Positions 11,822-23,910 of a DNA stretch of 64,000 bases are shown in pieces. The DNA is from Centroscyllium fabricii (taxonomy: Eukaryota): assembly GCA_051313645.2 (NCBI GenBank), contig JBNRSN020000026.1, forward strand, positions 65,038,001 through 65,102,000, given 5' to 3'. The number at the start of each line of letters is the position of its first letter. Within the stretch, counting starts at the first letter, position 1. Under the pieces are notes generated by a model. That model was not told where the DNA came from. It ran no database searches and saw nothing but the letters and a program-made list of their open reading frames with translations. The position numbers and the translations under genes were made by a program.

Positions 11822-14800
11822 GCGGGGGGTGGGGAGGGAGGCCGATATCGTGGGGGGAGTCCGATATCGCGGTGGGGAATCAGATATCACGGGGGGTGGG
11901 GAGGGTTTCAGATACCGTGGGGGGAGTCGGATATCGCGGGGGGGGGAGGGTAGTCGGATATCGCGGGGGGGGGGTAGTCGGATATCGCGGGGGGGGGTAG
12001 TCGGATATTGCGGGGGGAGTCGGATATCGCGGGGGGGAGTCGGATATCGCGAGGGGGAGTCGGATATCGCGAGGGGGAGTCGGATATCGCGGGGGGGAGT
12101 CGGATATCGCGGGGGGGAGTCGGATATCGCGGGGGGGAGTCGGATATCGCGGGGGGGAGTCGGATATCGCGGGGGGGAGTCGGATATCGCGGGGGGGAGT
12201 CGGATATCGCGGGGGGGAGTCGGATATCGCGGGGGGGAGTCGGATATCGCGGGGGGGAGTCGGATATCGCGGGGGGGAGTCGGATATCGCGCGGGGGGTG
12301 TCGGATATCGCGCGGGGGGTGGGAGGAGTCGGATATCGCGCGGGGGGTGGGAGGAGTCGGATATCGCGCGGGGGGTGGGAGGAGTCGGATATCGCGCGGG
12401 GGGTGGGAGGAGTCGGATATCGCGGGGGGGTGGGAGGAGTCGGATATCGCGGGGGGGTGGGAGGAGTCGGATATCGCGGGGGGGTGGGAGGAGTCGGATA
12501 TCGCGGGGGGGTGGGAGGAGTCGGATATCGCGGGGGGGTGGGAGGAGTCGGATATCGCGGGGGGGTGGGAGGAGTCGGATATCGCGGGGGGGTGGGAGGA
12601 GTCGGATATCGCGGGGGGGTGGGAGGAGTCGGATATCGCGGGGGGGTGGGGGGAGTCGGATATCGCGGGGGGGTGGGGGGAGTCGGATATCGCGGGGGGT
12701 GGGGGGAGTCGGATATCGCGGGGGGGTGGGGGGAGTCGGATATCGCGCGGGGGGTGGGGGGAGTCGGATATCGCGGGGGGGTGGGAGGAGTCGGATATCG
12801 CGGGGGGGTGGGGGGAGTCGGATATCGCGGGGGGTGGGGGGAGTCGGATATCGCGGGGGGGTGGGGGGAGTCGGATATCGCGCGGGGGGTGGGGGGAGTC
12901 GGATATCGCGCGGGGGGTGGGGGGAGTCGGATATCGCGCGGGGGGTGGGAGGAGTCGGATATCGCCGGGGCGGTGGGAGGAGTCGGATATCGCGGGGGGG
13001 TGGGAGGAGTCGGATATCGCGGGGGGGTGGGAGGAGTCGGATATCGCGGGGGGGTGGGAGGAGTCGGATATCGCGGGGGGGTGGGAGGAGTCGGATATCG
13101 CGGGGGGGTGGGAGGAGTCGGATATCGCGGGGGGGTGGGAGGAGTCGGATATCGCGGGGGGGTGGGAGGAGTCGGATATCGCGGGGGGGTGGGAGGAGTC
13201 GGATATCGCGGGGGGGTGGGAGGAGTCGGATATCGCGGGGGGGTGGGAGGAGTCGGATATCGCGGGGGGGTGGGAGGAGTCGGATATCGCGGGGGGGTGG
13301 GAGGAGTCGGATATCGCGGGGGGGTGGGGGGAGTCGGATATCGCGGGGGGGTGGGGGGAGTCGGATATCGCGGGGGGGTGGGGGGAGTCGGATATCGCGG
13401 GGGAGTGGGGGGAGTCGGATATCGCGGGGGGGTGGGGGGAGTCGGATATCGCGGGGGGTGGGGGGAGTCGGATATCGCGGGGGGAGTCGGATATCGCGGG
13501 GGGAGTCGGATATCGCGGGGGGAGTCGGATATCGCGGGGGGAGTCGGATATCGCGGGGGGAGTCGGATATCGCGGGGGGAGTCGGATATCGCGGGGGGAG
13601 TCGGATATCGCGGGGGGAGTCGGATATCGCGGGGGGAGTCGGATATCGCGGGGGGAGTCTGATATCGCGGGGGGAGTCTGATATCGCGGGGGGAGTCGGA
13701 TATCGCGGGGGGAGTCGGATATCGCGGGGGGTGGGGGGAGTCGGATATCGCGGGGGGTGGGGGGAGTCGGATATCGCGGGGGGTGGGGGGAGTCGGATAT
13801 CGCGGGGGGTGGGGGGAGTCGGATATCGCGGGGGGTGGGGGGAGTCGGATATCGCGGGGGGTGGGGGGAGTCGGATATCGCGGAGGGGTGAGGGGAGTCG
13901 GATATCGCGGGGGGTGGGGGGAGTCGGATATCGCGGAGGGGTGGGGGGAGTCGGATATCGCGGAGGGGTGGGGGGAGTCGGATATCGCGGGGCGGGGGGG
14001 GAGTCGGATATCGCGGGGGGTGGTGGGAGTCGGATATCGCGGGGGGTGGTGGGAGTCGGATATCGCGAGGGGTGGGGGGATCGGATATCGCGAGGGGTGG
14101 GGGGATCGGATATCGCGGGGGGTGGGGGGAGTCGGATATCGCGGAGGGGTGACGGAAATCGGATATCGCGGGGGGTGGGGGGAGTCGGATATCGCGGAGG
14201 GGTGAGGGAAATCGGATATCGCGGGAGGTGGGGTGAGTCGGATATCGCGGAGGGGTGACGGAAGTCGGATATCGCGGAGGGGTGGGGGGAGTCGGATATC
14301 GCGGGGGGTGGGGGGAGTCGGATATCGCGGGGGGTGGGGGGAGTCGGATATCGCGGGGGGTGGGGGGAGTCTGATATCGCGGTGGGGGGGAGTCGGATAT
14401 CGCGGTGGGGGGGAGTCGGATATCGCGGTGGGGGGGGAGTCGGATATCGCGGTGGGGGAGTCGGATATCGTGGGGGGAGTCGGATATCGTGGGGGGAGTC
14501 GGATATCGTGGGGGGAGTCGGATATCGTGTGTGGAGTCGGATATCGCGGAGGGGTGAGGGAAATCGGATATCGCGGGGGGTGGGGGGAGTCGGATATGGC
14601 GGGGGGTGGGGGGAGTCGGATATGGCGGGGGGTGGGGGGAGTCGGATATCGCGGGGGGTGGGGGGAGTCGGATATCGCGAGGGGTGGGGGGGAGTCGGAT
14701 ATCGCGGGGGGTGGGGGGAGTCGGATATCGCGGAGTGGTGAGGGAAATCGGATATCGCGGGGGGTGGGGGAGTCGGATATCGCGGAGGGGTGACGGAAAT

Positions 14801-15157
14801 CGGATATCGCGGGGGGTTGGGGGAGTCGGATATCGCGAGGGGTGGGGGGAGTCTGATATCGTGGGGGGAGTCTGATATCGTGGGGGGAGTCTGATATCGT
14901 GGGGGGAGTCGGATATCGCAGGTGGGAGTCCGATATCGTGGGGGGAGTCGGATATCGCGGGGGGGTGGGGGAGTCGGATATCGCGGAGGGGTGAGGGAAA
15001 TCGGATATCGCGGGGGGTGGGGGGGGAGTCAGATATCGAGGGGAGGTGGGGGAGTCGGATATCGCAGGGGGGTGGAGGGAGTCTGATATCGCGGGGGGTC
15101 GGGGGAGTCGAATATCGCGGGGGTGGGAGGAGTCGGATATCGCGGGGGGTGGGGGAG
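11822..15157. repeat. G-rich, CpG-rich satellite of about 3.3 kb
   Basis: Over 100 copies of core GAGTCGGATATCGCG separated by G-rich linkers; unit about 19-30 bp. Confidence 0.97.
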
Positions 15158-16762
15158 ATTGGCCTCCAACAACCACAACCATCTTCCTTTGTGCTGGGCA
15201 TGACTCCAGCCAGTGGAGAGTTTTCCCCCCCTGATTCCCGTTGACTTCAATTTTACTCTTGCTCCTTGATGCCGCACTGGGTCAAAGACTGCCTTGATGT
15301 CGAGGGCAGTCACTCTCGCCTCACCTCTGGAATTCAGCTCCTTTGTCTGTGCTTGCACCAAGGCTGAAATGTGGTCTGGAGCCGAGTGGTCCTGGCAGAA
15401 CCCAAACTGAGCATCAGTGAGCGGATTATTGGTGAGTAAGTACCGCTTGATAGCACTGTCGACAACACCTTCCAGCAGTTTGCTGATGATTGAGAGCAGA
15501 CTGATGGGGTGCAAATTGGCCGGATTGGATTTGTCCTGATTTTTGTGGCCATAACATAGCTGGGCAGTTTTCCACATTGCTGGGTAGATGCCAGTGTTGT
15601 CGCTGTACTGGAACAGCTTGACTAGAGGCACGACTAGTTCTGGAGCCCAAGTCTTCAGCACGATAGCCGGGATGTTGTTGGGGTCCATAGCCTTTGCTGT
15701 ATCCAGTGTGCTGAGCCTTTTCTTGATATCACGCAGAGTGAATCGAATTGGCTGAAGACTGGCTCTGTGATGACGGGGGCCTCAGGAGGAGGCCGAGATG
15801 GATCATCCAATCGGCACTTCTGGCTGAAGATGGTTGCACATGCTTCAGCCTTGTCTTTTGCACTTGTGTGCTGGGCTCCCTCATCATTGAGGATGGGGAT
15901 ATTCACTGAGCCGCCTCCTCCTCCCGTTAGTTGTTTAATTGTCCACCACCATTCATGACTGGATGTGGCAGGACTGCTGATCCGTTGATTGTGGGATCAG
16001 TTAGCCCTGTCTGCAGCATGCTGCTTCCCCTTTTCAGCATGCATGTAGTCCTGTGTTGCAGCGTCCCCAGGTTGGCATCTCATTTTTAGGTACGCCTGGT
16101 GCTGCTCCTGGCATGCTCTTCTACACTCCTTATTGAACCAGGGCTGGTCCCCTGGCTTGGTGGTAATGGTAGAGTGAGGGATATGTCGGGCCATGAGTTA
16201 CAGATTGTGGTGGAATACAATTCTGCTGCTGCTGATGGCCCACAGTGCCTCATGATTGCCCAGTTTTGAGCTGCTAGATCTGTTCTGAATCTATCCCATT
16301 TAGCACGGTGGTGGTGCCACACAACACGATGGAGGTTGTCCTAAGTGTGAAGATGGGACTTCGACTGTGCGGTGGTCACTGCTACCAATGCTGTCATGGA
16401 CAAATGCATCTGCGACAGGTAGATTGGTGAGGACGAGGTCAAGTAGGTTCTCCCATCAGCTGTCGCAGGCCCAGACTGGCAGTTATGTCCTTCAGGACTC
16501 GGCTCGGTCAGTAGTGGTGCTACCGAGCCACTCTTGGTGATGGACATTGATGTCCCCCACCCAGAGTATATTCTGTGCCCTTGCTACTCTCAGTGCATCT
16601 TCCAAGTGGTATTCAACATGGAGGAGCACTGATTCATCAGCTGAGGGAGGGCGGTAGGTGGTAATCAGCAGGAGGTTTCCTTGCCCATGCTTGACCTGAA
16701 GCCGTGAGACTTCATGGGGTCCGGAGTCAATGTTGAGGATTCCCAGGGCCTCTCCCTCCTGA
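15158..16762 (-). mobile_element. Decayed CR1-group LINE of a second family (EN to mid-RT)
   Basis: ORF pieces YRPPSADES/VGDINVH (16492..16812), QPWFNKEC, and RT HPISLLSIISK...QFGF...ALDIKAVFD (15029..15688). Confidence 0.85.
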
Positions 16763-16764
16763 CT

Positions 16765-17404
16765 GGGGGCTAACATATGACGAGAGGCTGAGTAGATTGG
16801 GCCTCTACTCATTGGAGTTCAGAAGAATGAGAGGCGATCTTATTGAAATATATAAGATTGTGAGAGGGCTTGATCGGGTGGATGCGGTGAGGATGTTGCC
16901 AATGGTGGGTGAGACTAGGACTAGGGGGCATAATCTTAAAATAAGGGGCTGCCATTTCAAAACTGAGATGAGGGGGAACTTCTTTACTCAGATGGTGGTG
17001 CGGCTGTGGAATTTGCTGCCCCAGAGAGCTGTAGAAGCTACTACGTTGAATAAATTTAAAACTGAGATAGAAAGTTTCCTGGAATTAAAGGGAATTAGGG
17101 GTTATGGTGAACGGGCTGGTAAGTGGACGTGAGGCTAGGTTCAGATCGGCCATGTGATCTCCTGGACCAGTTTTCGATCGCCTAGATGGGTCGGAGAGGA
17201 ATTTTCCTGATTTTTTTTTTCTCCCAAATTGGCTACTGGGTTTTTTAATCTGGTTTTTCGCCTCTCCCAGGTGATCACATTGGTCTGGGCGGGGTGGAGA
17301 GTAAAAATAAAATTGAGGTTAGGATCAGATCAGCCGTGATCTTGTTGAATGGTGGAGCGGGCTTGAGGGGCCGATTGGCCTACTCCTGCTCCTATTTCTT
17401 ATGT
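16765..17404 (+). mobile_element. CR1 LINE 3' fragment with extended 3' UTR
   Basis: ORF 16797..17132; near-identical inverted copy at 53291-53870. Confidence 0.9.
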
Positions 17405-17836
17405 AACATCAAATCTCATTTAGGTTTTAAAAAAAATCCTCACCTCGACAGTCTGGAAAAAAAAGTTAGGTTGAAGATTTGCAGTTATTAACAATTATGA
17501 GCTAATCTTAATTCTTCTATCCCCCATAAGAACATCGTAATGTTGAAGTGATTCCCCACTACCAACTGTTCTTATGTTATGCAGCACTCCCGCCCAGAGT
17601 GTCAATCTAGATTTCATGCTCAAATCTGTACTGAGGCTTGAACCTTGCGACTCAGCGACAAGTGTGCTGTCCAACAGGTCTGTACTTAATAAATTCAAGG
17701 AATACAATGACTGAAGTAACCTTTCCACAGCGTGGAAGGTAGGATGAGGGAAGATGGCCGGGAGCGAGCAGGGAGCCCGGAGGACTCGGGCTGTGGAGAG
17801 AGATGCTTGGGCACAGGTAACCCGGGGAAGCATTGA

Positions 17837-18783
17837 AGGAGCTACTGGGAAAACATCGAGAGGAGCTACTGGGAAAACATCGAGAGAGGAGCTACAGGGA
17901 AACATCGAGAGAGGAGCTACTGGGAAAACATCGAGAGAGGAGCTACTGGGAAAACATCGAGAGAGGAGCTACTGGGAAAACATCGAGAGAGGAGTTACTG
18001 GGAAAACATCGAGAGAGGAGTTACTGGGAAAACATCGAGAGAGGAGTTACTGGGAAAACATCGAGAGAGGAGTTACTGGGAAAACATCGAGAGAGGAGTT
18101 ACTGGGAAAACATCGAGAGAGGAGTTACTGGGAAAACATCGAGAGAGGAGTTACTGGGAAAACATCGAGAGAGGAGTTACTGGGAAAACATCGAGAGAGG
18201 AGTTACTGGGAAAACATCGAGAGAGGAGCTTCAGGGAAAACATCGAGAGAGGAGCTACTGGGAAAACATCGAGAGAGGAGCTACTGGGAAAACATCGAGA
18301 GAGGAGCTACTGGGAAAACATCGAGAGAGGAGCTACTGGGAAAACATCGAGAGAGGAGCTACTGGGAAAACATCGAGAGAGGAGCTACTGGGAAAACATC
18401 GAGAGAGGAGTTACTGGGAAAACATCGAGAGAGGAGTTACTGGGAAAACATCGAGAGAGGAGTTACTGGGAAAACATCGAGAGAGGAGTTACTGGGAAAA
18501 CATCGAGAGAGGAGCTACAGGGAAACATCGAGAGAGGAGCTACTGGGAAAACATCGAGAGAGGAGCTACTGGGAAAACATCGAGAGAGGAGCTACTGGGA
18601 AAACATCGAGAGAGGAGTTACTGGGAAAACATCGAGAGAGGAGCTACAGGGAAAACATCGAGAGAGGAGCTACTGGGAAAACATCGAGAGAGGAGCTACT
18701 GGGAAAACATCGAGAGAGGAGCTACAGGGAAACATCGAGAGAGGAGCTACGGGGAAAACATCGAGAGAGGAGCTACAGGGAAA
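17837..18783. repeat. 26-bp minisatellite, about 36 copies
   Basis: Unit GAGAGAGGAGYTACTGGGAAAACATC. Confidence 0.97.
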
Positions 18784-19816
18784 TTATCGGCATGGCGTCG
18801 GACCAGGGTCGGCCCAGGTCTTCGTACGTGGCAAGAAGGTTGGCAAATGAAACAACAGAAAGGACTTTAAGAACTTGCGTACAGGAGAGGCCGGATCGGT
18901 ACAAGAACGGTACTTGTGATTGATGGCGCTGGTGAGGTGGCTGCCGTCTCACGGGCTCCGGGCGTGTCGGGCAGCTTATTGTTCTTTGTTGCGCGGTGCG
19001 TTCGAACCGTGAAAAAAGCATTTCACTGTCTAGATTACACTTGTTGTATTTAGTACATGTGACAAATAGAATTGAAATTGAAATTGAAATGAACAAGTCA
19101 TCATGCAGAAAAATAACACCGACCAGGCCAGTTAGCAAGATGATCTTGTAAACCAGTAGAAATAACTTCTAAAATGTTCTTTGACTTGCTGAAAACACAG
19201 GCCAGGAAGCCAGACTCCAGATTTAGTGAGCAGAAACTCTGGTTTTCCTACCCTTAGTTTACACCACAAATGTTGTGGCTAATGCCATCAAATGTTAAAT
19301 ATCACTTTGATGAGTTGCATGTCGTGCTATTGGTGTCGGAGATTCTTTGCGCTGTAAGCGAGTGATACTCGGAGATAAATGTGGCCCATATAATACGTTT
19401 AAAAATTACAAACACATGCTTGCCAGGGAATGGGGTTAGATCACAAACCAGAAGTTAAAACCTCTCGTTTAACTGCAAAAAATTTGAAATAACAAGATGA
19501 TTGATTGCATGTTAAACTGGCTTTATGGTTCACTATAATCCAACACCGAATGATAATCAAATAGATTGACTTTAGTTAAAAAAAGTCACATTCATAGAAT
19601 CTTCACCTCCACGCTTTAATTTTTCCAGAACTGCTTCGAGCTGCTTTTACCCATTTCATACATTGTCAGAAACTGATTGTGAAGAGAATGTCTCTAAATA
19701 TAAACACACTCAAAATGATGTTAGAAGGTCAATAAATGTTCATTCATCATCATTACAATGCCTACATCAATACCCACTACTGAGAACTAAAGACAGCTGC
19801 TGTTTTCTGTGACATA

Positions 19817-20864
19817 GGGCCGGGAATTTTGCAGTCGGAGGCGTAGCTCCGTCATACGCCACCGGCCCGAAAACAAATAGGAACCGACGGGCCGGCTCTC
19901 CGGCTTCGAAGACTTCAGGTCCTGGGCCTGCAGCCATACGCCTGCGTAATGGCCCACGGATCCCAGGGACACAGGCGGTTTGGAAGCGTTCCTGGGATTA
20001 CATGGACCAGGTCCTCCCATCAGAAAGGAGGATTCCATTGCAGTAATTTCCAAACAGAATTGCCAAATGACAAGCAGTGGAATCCCCAACTAATTAAAGG
20101 ATTTGCACAATTCTAATAAAAATAAATGCTCCCATTTTCACATTTAATTAAAAGACCCTTTAATGAAGCATTTACAATAAAAAATTAATTTATTGAAAAA
20201 TAATTTTAAACACAGGTTGAGCACCGTTCAAGGGCATCGGACCCAGGCCGGTGCCGGGCCACTGAAAATTCCGAGCCACTGAAGGTTCTTGGGGAGCGCG
20301 CGGTAGAACACTCCCCGGGAGGGAGCCCGGGGATAGAACAAAGCCTAAAAAAAAAGAAACCTAAACGCCCGACGCCTTCGGCGCTCGCCCACCCTTCACT
20401 GGAAACGGTGGCGCCGCCGAGCGGCTGCTCCGCAAAATGAAGAGCGCCGGTTTCCAATCGTGCCGGACCACTGAAGCTGCCGGACCATCGGGTGCCGGAT
20501 CACCGGTGCTCAACCTGTAGTTTAATCCAGACCAAAATTTACGTAAACTAATTTAAAATGATTGTGGATGATTTTTAATTTAACATTTACGTTAACTCTT
20601 ACCCTGGTAAAAGCAGGCCCTAAACCTGCTTTTACCAGGCGTAAGGGTTTTGTGAGCATTTGCTGGGCAGTAGTTGGGCAAATAGTCCAAATTTGCACCA
20701 GCGAGAGTGAGTTTGCTCTCAGTTCAGAGGATTTGTAAAGGCGAACCCTTGACATCACAAGTTCCGGGTTTTCGCGCATGCGGAAACCTGGAACTTTCGG
20801 GGCCTTTTACAAAGCTTACGATGGCGTGTGCGGAGGCCGTCATCAGCCCCGCAAAATCCAGGCC
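19817..20864. mobile_element. PIF/Harbinger-type MITE
   Basis: Termini GGGCCGGGAATTTTGC / GCAAAATCCAGGCC, 3-bp flanks ata/ata. Confidence 0.7.
20213..20517. mobile_element. Tc1/mariner-type MITE nested in the Harbinger MITE
   Basis: TIRs CAGGTTGAGCACCG / CGGTGCTCAACCTG; flanks ca/ta. Confidence 0.85.
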
Positions 20865-21034
20865 ATAAATTCGGGTCTGTTTTAGGTATCCACTCAAGCT
20901 CAGTGATACGGGAATGGTAGCATAGTGGTCATGTTGCTGGATTAGTAATCCAGAGACGTGAGTTCAAATCCCACCACAGCAGCTGGGGAATTTAAATTCA
21001 GTTAATTAAATAAATCTGGAATAAAAAGCTAGTA

Positions 21035-21565
21035 CAGGTTGAGCACCGTTAATCCGCGTCCCGAATAGCCGGCAGCTTCAGTCTGCCGGCACAAATTGCC
21101 CCGACTGCACTGCGCATGCGCAAAATGGCAGCCCCCATCGTGGCTTCAGCGAATGATCTGCGCATGCGCCGAGCGCATGCGCAGATCATTCAAAACAGCT
21201 GCGGGTGTTTTGAATGATCTGCGCATGCGTCACCGGACAGTTAGCGCATGCGCAGATAATTCAATACGGCCGCCGGTTATTTTCCCGACAGCTGAGCCCC
21301 GTGACTGAGGCGGACAGTCACTAGGCAACAGCTGTCAGCCTGAGTCCGGCTCGGCGGCAGCAGAAACCCGAAAGGCGATGGAGAGGGAACGCGGACCCGT
21401 GCCCGATCTGCGCATGCGCGCGCCAGCCAATCGCAATGCTGCGCGCATGCGCGTGGCCATTTTGAATGGCGCGCATGCGCAGTGTCCAGACTCGTTCTCC
21501 CGTTTTTTTCCATTTCCCGGCACGGGCCTGGTCCCGCCCGTGGCGGATTAACGCTGCTCAACCTG
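21035..21565. mobile_element. Tc1/mariner-type MITE
   Basis: TIRs CAGGTTGAGCA / TGCTCAACCTG with TA TSD; homologous to 1030-1467. Confidence 0.88.
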
Positions 21566-21850
21566 TATCCATAATGGTGACCATGAAAGTACCGGATTGC
21601 CGAAAAACCCATCTGGTTCACTAATGTCCTTACCCAGTCTGGCCTTTATGTGACTCCAAACCCGCAGCAATGTGGTTGACTCTTAACCACACTCTGAAAT
21701 AGCTGAGCAAGTCGCTCAGTTGTAACAAGCCGCTACAAGAAACAATAATAATTTAAAAAACCGACAGACCACCCGGCATCAACCTCGGCACCAGCTTTGG
21801 ACACGACAAAGGCATACCCAGCCCAGTCGACCCAGAAAAGTCCTCCTCAC

Positions 21851-22230
21851 GGTCAGAAGCTTGTGGGTTCAAGTCCCACGCCAGAGACTTGAGCACAGAA
21901 ATCTGGGCTGACACTCCCAGTGCAGTACTGAGAATGTGCTGCACTGTCGGAGGTGCCGCCTTTCGGATGAGACGTTGAACCGAGGCCCCGTCTGCTCTCT
22001 CAGGTGGCACTATTTCGAAGAAGAGCAGGGGAGTTATCCCCGGTGTCCTGGCCAATATTTATCACTAAAACAGATTACCTGGTCATTGCTGTTTGTGGGA
22101 GCTTGCTGTGCTCAAATTGGTTGCCGCGTTTCCTGCAGTGGCTACACTTCAAAAAGTATTTCATTGGCCGTGATGGGCTTTGAGACGTCTGGTGGCCACG
22201 AAAGGCGCTATGTAAATGCAAGTCTTTCTT
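21851..22230 (+). mobile_element. Deu-domain SINE (SacSINE1/AmnSINE-like)
   Basis: GGTTCAAGTCCC B-box, then GCACTGTCGGAGGTGCCGCCTTTCGGATGAGACGTT...CCGAGGCCCC Deu-like core; TCTT tail. Confidence 0.75.
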
Positions 22231-22633
22231 TCACTAACATCTGGGGACTTGTGCCAAAATTGGGAGAGCTGTCGCACAGACTACTCAAGCAACAGCCCGA
22301 CATTGTCATACTCACAGAATCATACCATTCAGCCAACGTCCCAAACTCCTCCATCACCATCCCTGGGTATGTCCTGTCCCACCGGCAGGACAGACCCACT
22401 AGGGGTGGCGGCACAGTGCTATACATAAGAACATAATGATCATTCTCTCAATCCTCCTCCTTGGTGCCAGGAGGTGTGGGGAGTGTCTAAGTGTGGCATG
22501 GGACTGGCACATGAAATTGTCTATTTGCAACATCTGGCAATTTTCTTCTCGAGCAGCTTTCAAGCATGTAAATCTACTGATTTTTAATTAATATCAACAC
22601 CGCGCTTGGTATCCATCAAACATTCTGCATGAA

Positions 22634-23030
22634 GGGGCAGCACGGTGGCATAGTGGTTAGCACTGTTGCCTCACCGCGCCGGGGGCCCGGGTTCAAATCC
22701 AGCCTCGGGTGACTATCTGTGTGGAGTTTGCACATTCTTCCCGTGTCTGCGTGGGTTTCCTCCGGGTGCTCCGGTTTCCTCCCACAGTCCAAAGATGTGC
22801 GGGTTAGGTTGATTTGCCAGGATAAATTGACCCTTAGCGTTTGGGGGATTGAATATGTGGGGTTACAGGGATAGGGTGAGATATGTGTCGGTGCAGGCTC
22901 GATAGGGATATGGGGGGAGGGTAGGGGCGGGGTACTGGGTTTGGATGATCAGCCATGATCTCATTGAATGGCGGAGCAGGCTCGAAGGGCCGAATGGCCT
23001 ACTCCTGCTCCTATCTTCTATGTTTCTAAG
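22634..23030 (+). mobile_element. HE1-like V-SINE, long-tail form
   Basis: tRNA head, V domain, extended CR1 3' tail. Confidence 0.9.
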
Positions 23031-23138
23031 TAAACCTTCAGCACTGCCATCATTGAGATACCCAGTACCAGATGCCATCAACTCTTGTGATGCAGGATCT
23101 GGTGATTTCTAGCCTCAACTACAAACTGGTGTTTGGGT

Positions 23139-23628
23139 GCAGCGGTGGCGTAGTGGTTATGTCACTAGACTAGTAAGCCAGAGGTTCAGTCAAATGCTCT
23201 GAGGATATGGGTTCAAATCCCACCACGGCAGCTGGTGGAATTTAAATTCAATTCAATGTAATTCTGGAATTAAATGTTAGTCTTAGTAATGGCGACCATG
23301 GTACCATTGTCGATTGTTGCAATAACCCATCTGGTTCACTAATGTCCTTTAGGGAAGGAAATCTGCCGTCCTTACCTGGTCTGGCCTACATGTGACTCCA
23401 GACCCACAGCAATGTGGTTGACTCTTAATGCCCTCTGAAATGGCCTAGCAAGCCACTCGGTTGTAAACAACTGCTACGCAACATTGTGGGTGTATCTGCA
23501 CCATATGGGCTGCAGTGGTTCAAGAAGGCGGCTCACCACCATCTTCTCAAGGGCAATTAGGGATGGGCACTAAATGCAGGCCTCGCCAGCCAGCGACACC
23601 CACATCCCATCAACAAATTTAAAAAAAA
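23139..23628 (+). mobile_element. tRNA-headed SINE with LINE-type tail and A-rich end
   Basis: A/B boxes; near-identical copy at 58206-58699. Confidence 0.85.
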
Positions 23629-23759
23629 GCTATAACATTGACAGGTATCTGAGGGCAATTTGACCAGCACTTGGAACACTGTGACGTTACCCTCAATAAT
23701 GTATTAATTGCCCAACTGTTAACCCCAGATTCTGAGTGAGTCTTCAATCCATCAGTTCA

Positions 23760-23910
23760 TTATGCCCCTACTAGCTTTAAAATCTACCCCCCCTCCTGGC
23801 TTCTCCAGTTCTGAAGAAATGTCATCGACCTGAAACGTTAACTCTGTTTCTCTCCCCACCGATGCTGCCTGGCCTGCTGAGTTTCTCCAGTGTTTTCTGT
23901 TGTTATTTAA
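23760..23910 (+). mobile_element. Penelope terminal fragment with hammerhead-like motif at 23807-23843
   Basis: AGTT CTGAAGA ... GAAACGT T AACT; homologous to 53955-54197. Confidence 0.7.

Larger units (their letters stand above)
20910..22430 (+). mobile_element. tRNA-headed element running into a LINE endonuclease ORF, interrupted by a MITE and a SINE
   Basis: A-box/B-box head (TAGCATAGTGG, GTTCAAATCC); body shared with 23139 and 58206; then LTNIWGLVPKLGEL...PDIVILTESY...RQDRPTRGGG (AP endonuclease). Confidence 0.7.

Noticed and set aside
11822-15157. CRISPR-like look (constant core with variable spacers)
   Set aside because: Linkers are short G runs rather than unique spacers, there are no cas genes, and the context is vertebrate
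11829-15201. Very long ORFs (800-1100 aa) on both strands
   Set aside because: By-products of a stop-poor tandem repeat; low-complexity translations in most frames
17754-18923. 389-aa and 345-aa ORFs
   Set aside because: Translations of the 26-bp minisatellite
22634-22710. tRNA gene candidates at SINE heads
   Set aside because: A/B boxes belong to tRNA-derived SINEs; no complete cloverleaf
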